Assembly: GCA_029974835.1 (NCBI GenBank) | Contig: JARKQN010000016.1 | Span: 5,379 to 69,378 of the forward strand | DNA length: 64,000 bases | Direction of reading: 5' to 3' | DNA from: Bacteroidales bacterium | GTDB lineage: Bacteria > Bacteroidota > Bacteroidia > Bacteroidales > VadinHA17 | Part shown: positions 18,951-27,059 of the stretch, in pieces | Layout: the number at the start of each line of letters is the position of its first letter | How positions within the stretch are numbered: the first letter of the stretch is position 1 | The notes under the pieces: model-generated | Database searches by the model: none | Seen by the model: only the letters and a program-made list of their open reading frames with translations | What the model was told of the DNA's origin: nothing | Made by a program: the position numbers and the translations under genes

Positions 18951-21053
18951 ATGAAACTTCGGAATATCATTCTGGTGATGCTTTTAGGTGCCTTTGCTTG
19001 CACTCCTGCTTCTGGTCAGACAATCTATCTTTCCCCTTCGGGGGACGATGGCAATCCGGGCACCAGGGAAAAACCTCTTGCAACACTCACAGCCGCCCGC
19101 GACAGAGTGAGGGAATTACGCCAACAGGGAAGTATTACCAGACCTGTGGAGATAATTGCCCTTCCCGGTGAGTATTTTATGTCACAGCCTCTTCAACTGG
19201 GCACTGAAGATTCAGGAGATGAAAAGTCACCGCTAATAATAAAATCTGAAGAGGGAACGAAATCACTCTTCAGCGGAGGTATCAGACTGAAAGGCTTTGA
19301 AAAGGTAAATGACAAACTTTGGAGATGCTTTATACCGCCGGTTGCTTATAACGGTTTGTACTTCGAACAACTCTATGTGAACGGACAAAGAGCAGTCAGA
19401 GCCAGAGAACCTGATGAAGGATTTGCCAGAGTTAAAAATGTTTCTGAAACGGTACTGGAAAAGGGTTCAGGCAGAGCGCCTTTATTTGCAGTTCAGAAGA
19501 TCGGAATAGACTCCCTGCATGCCTCTTTGGTCAGAAACTTTACGGATGACGAAAGCCGCGATGCCCTTATTATCTTCTACCATAACTGGGATAACACACG
19601 AAAAAGAATTTCCGGCTGCAGCAGTGATTCTGCCTTTATTTTTACGGTAGGGCAGGGGATGAAACCATGGAATCCCGTTAACAGTAAATCGAGATACCTG
19701 ATCGAAAACTTCAGGGCTGCCCTCGACACTCCCGGCGAATGGTTCCTCGACAGATCTGGTTACCTTTATTACATTCCCCGTGAGGGCGAAACCATCGAAA
19801 ACACGGAATTTATTGCACCTGTTCTTAAGGAGTTCGTGATCCTTAAAGGTGAATCACCCGAAAAACCGGTTTCCGATATTGTTTTCAAAAACCTCGTTTT
19901 TCAGCATGCAGGTTATTTAACTCCTGCCGATGGTAACGAACCGGCTCAGGCGGCCGCTCCGGTAAGCGCCGTAATAACAGCCGATTTTGCAAATAATATC
20001 TCTTTTACCGATTGTGAAATTGCCCATACCGGAACCTATGCCTTCTGGTTCAGAAGAGCAGTGAACAACTGCCTTGTAACAAAATGTTATATGCACAACC
20101 TGGGGGCAGGTGGCGTAAAAATAGGTGAAACGACATTGAGGCAATCGGTTAATGAACTGACACATCATATAACAGTCGACAATAACATCATTACCGACGC
20201 CGGACATGTATTTCCATGCGCTGTCGGAATAATAATATTCCATGGAAGCGATAACCGCCTAACTCACAATGAAATATCAAATCTCAGATATTCAGGTATT
20301 TCCGTGGGGTGGATCTGGGGCTATGCTCACAGTCCCTCGAAGAGAAACATCATCAGCTACAATCACATTCATCATCTCGGATGGGGCGAGCTTTGCGATA
20401 TGGGCGGGGTTTACACCCTAGGCGCATCTGAAGGAACGGTAGTTTCGAACAATGTGATTCATCATGTATATTCGTTCGATTATGGCGGCTGGGGCCTCTA
20501 TACCGACGAAGGCTCTTACGGAATCATTATGGAAAACAACCTCGTTTACCAGTGTAAAAACTCCGGCTTCCACCAGCATTACGGAAAAGAAAACATCATA
20601 CGCAACAATATCCTTGCATTCAATATCAGGGGGCAGTTACAGGCTACGCGTATCGAAGAACACCAATCAATCAGTTTTACAAATAATATTGTTTATTTCG
20701 ATAAGGGTACTCTGCTGGTAAATAACTGGCATAAATTCAATCTTTTTACCGATTATAACTGCTATTGGGATGTACGTACAAAAGAAATAAAGTTTGGGGA
20801 TAAGACGTTTGCCGAATGGCAGAAAGGAGGGAAGGATCAGCATTCGGTCATTGCCGATCCCATGTTTGCTGACCCTGCAAGTTACGACTTCAGATTTAAA
20901 AATCTTTCGGTTGCACGCAGAATAAAATTCGTTCCGTTCGACTATTCGCAGGCAGGCGTTTACGGAGAGGAAGGATGGAGGAGGAAGGCAATGATGTCAG
21001 CCGGTCTGTTCCTGAAATTTGATGAAACGGTTGAAAAAATGGAAAAGAAATAA
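18951..21053 (+). CDS. Right-handed parallel beta-helix repeat protein (candidate glycoside hydrolase or polysaccharide lyase)
   Basis: I prefer the ATG at 18951 (MKLRNIILVMLLGAFACTPASGQ signal) because the track start at 18759 overlaps the GH29 3' end. The protein opens with IYLSPSGDDGNPGT..PLATL and has repeated NN-I/V-x-H beta-helix turns (NNIITD, HNEISN, NNVIHH, NNLVYQ, NNILAF, NNIVYF). Confidence 0.65.
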   Translation: MKLRNIILVMLLGAFACTPASGQTIYLSPSGDDGNPGTREKPLATLTAARDRVRELRQQGSITRPVEIIALPGEYFMSQPLQLGTEDSGDEKSPLIIKSEEGTKSLFSGGIRLKGFEKVNDKLWRCFIPPVAYNGLYFEQLYVNGQRAVRAREPDEGFARVKNVSETVLEKGSGRAPLFAVQKIGIDSLHASLVRNFTDDESRDALIIFYHNWDNTRKRISGCSSDSAFIFTVGQGMKPWNPVNSKSRYLIENFRAALDTPGEWFLDRSGYLYYIPREGETIENTEFIAPVLKEFVILKGESPEKPVSDIVFKNLVFQHAGYLTPADGNEPAQAAAPVSAVITADFANNISFTDCEIAHTGTYAFWFRRAVNNCLVTKCYMHNLGAGGVKIGETTLRQSVNELTHHITVDNNIITDAGHVFPCAVGIIIFHGSDNRLTHNEISNLRYSGISVGWIWGYAHSPSKRNIISYNHIHHLGWGELCDMGGVYTLGASEGTVVSNNVIHHVYSFDYGGWGLYTDEGSYGIIMENNLVYQCKNSGFHQHYGKENIIRNNILAFNIRGQLQATRIEEHQSISFTNNIVYFDKGTLLVNNWHKFNLFTDYNCYWDVRTKEIKFGDKTFAEWQKGGKDQHSVIADPMFADPASYDFRFKNLSVARRIKFVPFDYSQAGVYGEEGWRRKAMMSAGLFLKFDETVEKMEKK

Positions 21054-21126
21054 TAGCCTTACTTTAACATGCTCGAAGCCTGTAAATGCAACTTATAATA
21101 TCACCGAGGTTCACAAAGGGAAAAAA

Positions 21127-21231
21127 TCTTTGTGTTCTTTGTGCTCTCTGTGTGAAACATAAGAAATTCTTGAGATGAAAGAAGAATGAAAAAAAAGAAT
21201 ATTTCACACAGAGGCCACAAAGGGCACAAAG
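21127..21231. repeat. Imperfect 31-bp inverted repeat (cacaaag-type element)
   Basis: Left arm tctttgtgttctttgtgctctctgtgtgaaa (21127-21157) pairs with right arm tttcacacagaggccacaaagggcacaaaga (21201-21231). The arms are complementary at 27/31 positions, with a 43-nt spacer. Confidence 0.7.
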
Positions 21232-21255
21232 AAAAATATTTATAGTTTTGAGAAA

Positions 21256-22752
21256 ATGAAAAAAAATTCATTATTCAGTTTAATCATGAAACTATCTGAA
21301 TGTTATTTATTTTTTCTGTTGTTGATATGTTTTTCATGCAGCAAAAAGACCGAAGGACCATTTTTCGGCAACGGTTTCCATAATGGCTGGGCCGACCAGC
21401 ATTCTGTTGTGTTGTGGACACGTTTAACAAAAACACCTGAAATGAACAGGGAAGGTCCCCTTTTCCTTGTACCTGCGGCAGAGGAACACCGGCGCCTTGA
21501 TAAGATGGCAAACCCCGACTCGATATTTAAAGCCCAGATTCCGGAGGGTTATAAACTTGAGCAGATGGACGGTGCATGCCCGGGCATGAATGGAGAGGTT
21601 AAGCTGGTTTATTATCCACTATGGCACGATGATCTGAAAGTAATAAAAGAGTGGCAACAGGTTGATGAAAAAAAGAACTTCACTCTTCAGTGGAGACTCA
21701 CCGGACTGATACCTGATACAAAATATGTTGTAACCCTTTATGCACGCAGAATTGGGGGGAAAGAGATTACCGACAGCATTGCAGGTGCTTTCCGTACTCC
21801 TCCACCGGCTGATTCCGTCAGAAAAATTAATTTCTGTATCGTCACATGCCATGACTATCCCCGGAGAGATGACCCGGTAAATGGTCACAAAATCTACCGT
21901 TCAATGCTCAATCCATTCCCCGACTTCTTTGTCCATACCGGCGATGTTGAATATTACGATAAACCTGGTCCTTTCGCCCTTACAGAGGAACTTATGCGGT
22001 TTAAATGGGACAGGATCTTTGCCCTGCCTTACCAGAGAGATTTCTACCGGCAGGTGACAACGTACTTTATGAAAGATGATCACGATGTCCTGAGAGATGA
22101 TGCATATCCTGGTATGAAATACGGAACAGTAACATGGGAACGTGGTCTTGAAATATTTGATAAAGAACAGTTCCCTTCGAATGATCTTCCTTATAAGACT
22201 ATCCGTTGGGGGAAAGACCTGCAAATATGGCTTATGGAAGGGCGTAATTACCGGAGTAAAAACAGCGATCCTGACGGACCCGGCAAAACTATCTGGGGCA
22301 AAGAACAAAAAGAATGGCTTTTCAGAACTCTTAAAGAGTCGAACGCTACTTTTAAACTTGTAATATCACCCGGACCGATACTGGGACCCGACAGGGCTAA
22401 AAAGAATGATAATTATTCGAATAATGGATTCAGATATGAGGGTGATGAGATAAGAAATTACCTGAAACAGTTCGACAATGTTTTTATCTGCAATGGCGAC
22501 CGCCACTGGCAATATGTGACAAACATACCGGGAACAACTTTGTGGGAATTCGGCACCGGTGCAGGTTCCGATTCACATGCAGAAGGATGGAACCAAAACG
22601 ATTTCAGGCCTGAACACAGATTCCTGAGGGTTAAGGGCGGTTACCTGCGTGGAAGCGTATACCTTGAAAATAATGAAGTTTTTATTAAATTTCAGCATTG
22701 CGATGTTGATGGAAATGTTGTTCATGAGGAAAAATTCTCAAGAAAAACCTAA
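21256..22752 (+). CDS. PhoD-like phosphatase (alkaline phosphatase D / metallophosphatase family)
   Basis: 498 aa with a lipoprotein-like signal (LLLICFSCS). Metallophosphatase motifs: FCIVTCHDY, VHTGDVEYYD, MKDDHDV, ICNGDRHWQY. The start could be the ATG at 21286. Confidence 0.7.
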   Translation: MKKNSLFSLIMKLSECYLFFLLLICFSCSKKTEGPFFGNGFHNGWADQHSVVLWTRLTKTPEMNREGPLFLVPAAEEHRRLDKMANPDSIFKAQIPEGYKLEQMDGACPGMNGEVKLVYYPLWHDDLKVIKEWQQVDEKKNFTLQWRLTGLIPDTKYVVTLYARRIGGKEITDSIAGAFRTPPPADSVRKINFCIVTCHDYPRRDDPVNGHKIYRSMLNPFPDFFVHTGDVEYYDKPGPFALTEELMRFKWDRIFALPYQRDFYRQVTTYFMKDDHDVLRDDAYPGMKYGTVTWERGLEIFDKEQFPSNDLPYKTIRWGKDLQIWLMEGRNYRSKNSDPDGPGKTIWGKEQKEWLFRTLKESNATFKLVISPGPILGPDRAKKNDNYSNNGFRYEGDEIRNYLKQFDNVFICNGDRHWQYVTNIPGTTLWEFGTGAGSDSHAEGWNQNDFRPEHRFLRVKGGYLRGSVYLENNEVFIKFQHCDVDGNVVHEEKFSRKT

Positions 22753-22763
22753 TTATTTATTTT

Positions 22764-24296
22764 ATGAGCCGTTTTCACCTGATTCCGATTGTTTTCTGCG
22801 CATCCGGTATATTATCATATGCCTCAAAACAGGACCGTCCTAATATACTATTCGTTATCAGTGATGATCAGTCGTGGCCCTATGCTTCAGCGTATGGCAC
22901 AAAGTGGGTCAGAACCCCCGGATTCGACCGGGTGGCCGCAGGTGGCATTATTTTCAACAATGCCTTTGTAACCTCACCCGGCAGCAGCCCTTCTCGTGCG
23001 AGCATCCTTACAGGCCGGTATCCATGGCAGATAGAAGAGGCAGGTACCCATGCCAGCTCTTTCCCCTTAAAATACAAAACCTTCACTCAGGTGCTTGAGG
23101 AAAATGGCTACCTGGTAGGATATACAGGCAAGCCATGGGCTCCAGGCAACTGGGAAATTTCAGGATGGAAACAGAATCCGGTAGGGAAGGATTATAACCA
23201 GAAAAAACTGAAACCTCCCTATTCCGGAATCTCTAATATTGATTATGCGGGCAACTTTGAACTCTTTCTTAAAGAGCGCAAGGAAGGACAACCATTCTTC
23301 TTCTGGTTTGGTGCCCACGAACCTCACAGGGCATTTGAAGAGGGATCAGGCATAAAAGAGATGAAGAACGAAACCGACGTTTTGGCACCAGGTTTTCTTC
23401 CTGATTTAACCGTGGTGAGAAAGGATCTGCTGGATTATGCCGTTGAAATAGAATGGTTCGATAAACATCTTGTAAAGATTCTTGATAAGCTCGAAGAGAT
23501 CGGGGAGATGGACAATACTCTCATCATTGTTACCAGCGATAACGGCATGCCTTTCCCCCGCGCCAAAGCCAACTGTTACGATGCGGGCCTCCATGTTCCG
23601 CTTGCCATATACTGGGGTCCTTATATCAGAAAAGGAAAGGTCTCTGATTATATGGTGAGTCTTGTGGATATTGCTCCTACAATACTCGAGGCTGCAGGCT
23701 TGACATCCGATGGTACTTATCCGATGGCAGGGAAGAGTCTGCTCGGATATATGACATCGAAAAAGCCCGGGATGATTAACCAGCGCAGGGAGATTTTTGC
23801 AGGACGAGAAAGACATTCGTCTTCAAGATATGAGAACAGGGGATATCCACAGCGTATAATAAGAACAGACAGGTATCTGTATATCAGAAACTACCATCCT
23901 GAATACTGGCCAGCCGGCGACCCTCAGGTCTACCGGAATGACAGCATATTGAGTGAAATGCACCAGGCTTATCTCGATATTGACGATGGCCCGACTCTCA
24001 GGTTTTACAGGAACACCAATACAAAGGATAATTCATTCCTCCCGTTCTTCCTTGCAGCAGTTGCCAAACGGCCTGCGGAAGAATTGTATGATGTGGTAAA
24101 GGACCCATATTGTATGAATAACCTTGCCGGAAAGCCTGAATTTGAAAGGACACTGAGAGGTCTTGCTTCACGATTGACAACAGTACTGAAAGAGACAGGA
24201 GATCCGCGCGAAACGGGACCCGATCCGGAAATATGGGAAACATATCCGCGTCTGCAGGGAGAAATACGTAAATTTCCGGCTCCTGACAATAAATAA
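22764..24296 (+). CDS. Sulfatase (family S1; N-sulfoglucosamine-sulfohydrolase-like N-terminus), Ser-type
   Basis: 510 aa with a signal peptide. Carries PNILFVISDDQS and the FGly box S-S-P-S-R followed by ASILTGRY. Ser74 (codon 22983-22985) sits at the modified position. Confidence 0.85.
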   Translation: MSRFHLIPIVFCASGILSYASKQDRPNILFVISDDQSWPYASAYGTKWVRTPGFDRVAAGGIIFNNAFVTSPGSSPSRASILTGRYPWQIEEAGTHASSFPLKYKTFTQVLEENGYLVGYTGKPWAPGNWEISGWKQNPVGKDYNQKKLKPPYSGISNIDYAGNFELFLKERKEGQPFFFWFGAHEPHRAFEEGSGIKEMKNETDVLAPGFLPDLTVVRKDLLDYAVEIEWFDKHLVKILDKLEEIGEMDNTLIIVTSDNGMPFPRAKANCYDAGLHVPLAIYWGPYIRKGKVSDYMVSLVDIAPTILEAAGLTSDGTYPMAGKSLLGYMTSKKPGMINQRREIFAGRERHSSSRYENRGYPQRIIRTDRYLYIRNYHPEYWPAGDPQVYRNDSILSEMHQAYLDIDDGPTLRFYRNTNTKDNSFLPFFLAAVAKRPAEELYDVVKDPYCMNNLAGKPEFERTLRGLASRLTTVLKETGDPRETGPDPEIWETYPRLQGEIRKFPAPDNK

Positions 24297-24307
24297 TCAA
24301 TTGAATC

Positions 24308-25948
24308 ATGAATCAGTTATCTTTTCTATCCTTCTGTATTGCCGGCGCCCATATCTTTTCATCACACATATCCGCCCGGAAGAGTGAGGCAAAGCCCAAT
24401 ATTATTCTTATCCTTGCCGACGACATGGGCTACTCCGACATCGGATGTTTCGGTTCGGAGATAAAGACCCCCAGCCTCGACCGGCTGGCACAGGAGGGAC
24501 TGAGAATGACACAGTTCTACAACGCTTCGCGCAGCTGCCCCACACGGGCCTCACTGCTTACCGGACTCTACCAGCACCAGGCCGGAATAGGAGATATGGT
24601 TTCGAACCTCGGATACCCGTCATATCAGGGTTATCTGAATGACAAATGCGTGACAATAGCCGAGGTGCTGAAGATGAACGGCTACAGGACATTTATGTCG
24701 GGTAAGTGGCATGTAGGCGGTCAGCCCGAAGTGCACCCCCTCAGGAGAGGCTTCGACCGTTATTTCGGGTTAATAGATGGTGCCGGAAGCTATTTCAAAC
24801 CAATTGCCTACAGGCCAAATATGAAACCTGTCAGATGGATGCTCGACGACAAGGATTTCTTCCCGCCCGATACCGGATTTTATATGACTGATGCTATCGG
24901 TGATTATGCCCTTTCATTCATTAAGGAAAGGGATAAAAATGAGCCTTTTTTCCTCTATATGGCATTCACCGCACCTCACTGGCCACTCCATGCATTGCCT
25001 GAGGATATCGAAAAATACCGTGGAAAATACATGATGGGCTGGGATAAGCTCAGGGAAGAAAGGTATAACCGCATGCTTTCAATGGGTATTATCGATCCAT
25101 CGGTAAAACTATCCCCCCGCGACGTAAGAGTACCTGTGTGGGATACTCTTCCGGAAGCGACAAAAAAGATGTGGGATCTCCGCATGGCCGTCTATGCGGC
25201 AATGATCGACCGTTTGGATCAGAATATCGGCAAGGTGGTAAGTTATCTGGAGAAAACAGGGGAGATTGAAAATACACTCATAATCTTTCTTGCAGACAAT
25301 GGCGGGTGCCACGAATCAACCCGTAGTCAGGCGGAGTTCCTTAAAGTGAAAGGAGAGACCGGTACACCCGATTCATTCGATGCATACGAGTACCCCTGGG
25401 CAAATGCAAGCAACACACCGTTCAGAATGTTCAAACACTGGGTGCATGAAGGCGGAATAGCAACACCGTTTATAGCTTTTTACCCGAAGATGATAAAGGG
25501 TGGCAGAATTGATTCACATACTGCCCATATAATTGATATTATGCCAACCTTTATTGAACTGACAGGTGCAAATTATCCTGACAGGATTGTCGACCTTGCT
25601 GATGCGGGAAATCCCCGGATAATTAATGAGATAGAGATAATTCCGATGGAAGGTATAAGTCTCGTTCCGGTATTTAAAGATAAAAAACTCAGGCGGAAGT
25701 CTCCTCTCTTCTGGGAGCACGAAGGTAACCGTGCCGTGAGGGATGGCGACTGGAAACTGGTTTCGCTTTATGATAACTCAGCCCGGAAATCCGGCATGTG
25801 GGAGTTGTACGATATGAAGAACGACCGTGCAGAACTGAATGACCTCAGTGAAAAATACCCCCGTAAAAAATCGGAAATGATTGATGCTTACGAAAAATGG
25901 GCAACGCGTGTTGGGGTTGTTCCAAAAGAAAGGATAGACAAAAGATAA
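24308..25948 (+). CDS. Arylsulfatase (family S1, AtsA-like), Ser-type
   Basis: 546 aa with a signal peptide. Carries PNIILILADDMGYSDIGCFG and the FGly box S-C-P-T-R followed by ASLLTGLY. Ser76 (codon 24533-24535) sits at the modified position. It starts 11 nt after the previous sulfatase. Confidence 0.9.
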   Translation: MNQLSFLSFCIAGAHIFSSHISARKSEAKPNIILILADDMGYSDIGCFGSEIKTPSLDRLAQEGLRMTQFYNASRSCPTRASLLTGLYQHQAGIGDMVSNLGYPSYQGYLNDKCVTIAEVLKMNGYRTFMSGKWHVGGQPEVHPLRRGFDRYFGLIDGAGSYFKPIAYRPNMKPVRWMLDDKDFFPPDTGFYMTDAIGDYALSFIKERDKNEPFFLYMAFTAPHWPLHALPEDIEKYRGKYMMGWDKLREERYNRMLSMGIIDPSVKLSPRDVRVPVWDTLPEATKKMWDLRMAVYAAMIDRLDQNIGKVVSYLEKTGEIENTLIIFLADNGGCHESTRSQAEFLKVKGETGTPDSFDAYEYPWANASNTPFRMFKHWVHEGGIATPFIAFYPKMIKGGRIDSHTAHIIDIMPTFIELTGANYPDRIVDLADAGNPRIINEIEIIPMEGISLVPVFKDKKLRRKSPLFWEHEGNRAVRDGDWKLVSLYDNSARKSGMWELYDMKNDRAELNDLSEKYPRKKSEMIDAYEKWATRVGVVPKERIDKR

Positions 25949-26079
25949 ATAAGGCACCATTCACGGGTCGCTTATTGAAGCAGCTCACCAGCCTTCTCGT
26001 GAGAAATTAGCGCTGACAATTAGTTCAGAAACAAAAAATGTATAATTTGTCCCCGTTAGAACTTAAACAGAATTCCACG

Positions 26080-26988
26080 ATGGTAAAGACAAACAGAAGA
26101 AACTTCACCCGTATGATAAGCATGGCAGGTTTATCTGCCGCAGTAATGAGGGTGCCGGAGTTAAAAGCCGGGAAGGTTGAACAGGCTGCTTCAGATTCCG
26201 GACTTAAAATCAGCCTGAACGCTTATTCTTTCAACAGCCTGCTTGCCTCAGGCAAAATGACAATTGATGATATGCTTGATTTTTGTGTTGAAACTGGAAT
26301 TGAAGGGCTTGACATTACAGGATATTATTTCCCGGGATATCCTGCAGTACCTCCGGACGATTACATTTTCCGGATAAAGAAAAAAGCTTTCAGGCTTGGA
26401 ATAGACCTCGGATGCACGGGAGTGCGCAGCGATTTTACGTGGGCCGACCCGGCAAAAAGAGCTGAGGAAAAGAAACTGGTTAAGGAGTGGATTGTTGTTG
26501 CCCAGAAACTTGGAGCCCCCGGAGTGAGAATATTTGCAGGTGCACTTTCGGGTGAAAATTATCCCTGGGAGGAGAGGGCAAAATGGATAGCGGACGACAT
26601 TCGCGAATGTGCAGAATTCGGAAAAAACCACGGTGTCATGCTGGCACTGCAGAATCACTGGGACTTCATTAAAACCTCAGAGCAGGCTGATAAGATGATT
26701 AAACTGATAAACCACGACTGGGTTGGCCTGATGCTTGACACGGGTAATTACCGTTCCTTTGATCCTTATAAAGAAATAGAAGATACCGCAAAGTATGCTA
26801 TAAGCTGGATGATTAAGGAAATGGTTTATATAAACGAAAAACCTGAAAATGCCGATATTGACAGGATTGTTGGGATTGTAAGAAAAAGCGGCTACAGGGG
26901 TTACCTACCCATCGAAACTCTCGGCCAAGGTGATCCCTTCGAAAAAGTAAGGGTAATGTACGGTAAAATAAAGAAAGCCCTTGGGTAA
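26080..26988 (+). CDS. TAT-exported sugar phosphate isomerase/epimerase-like protein (xylose isomerase-like TIM barrel)
   Basis: I prefer the ATG at 26080 (MVKTNRRNFTRMISMAGLSAAV, a twin-arginine signal) over 26038. AP-endonuclease-2/xylose-isomerase-like TIM pattern: GIEGLDITGYYF, GAPGVRIFAG, MLALQNHWDF. Confidence 0.7.
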   Translation: MVKTNRRNFTRMISMAGLSAAVMRVPELKAGKVEQAASDSGLKISLNAYSFNSLLASGKMTIDDMLDFCVETGIEGLDITGYYFPGYPAVPPDDYIFRIKKKAFRLGIDLGCTGVRSDFTWADPAKRAEEKKLVKEWIVVAQKLGAPGVRIFAGALSGENYPWEERAKWIADDIRECAEFGKNHGVMLALQNHWDFIKTSEQADKMIKLINHDWVGLMLDTGNYRSFDPYKEIEDTAKYAISWMIKEMVYINEKPENADIDRIVGIVRKSGYRGYLPIETLGQGDPFEKVRVMYGKIKKALG

Positions 26989-27059
26989 ACAACTGTCTGT
27001 TTGTTATTTAAGCACAGTACCGGATTAAATAGTTTTCAATTTTTAAGGAATAATGAGAG

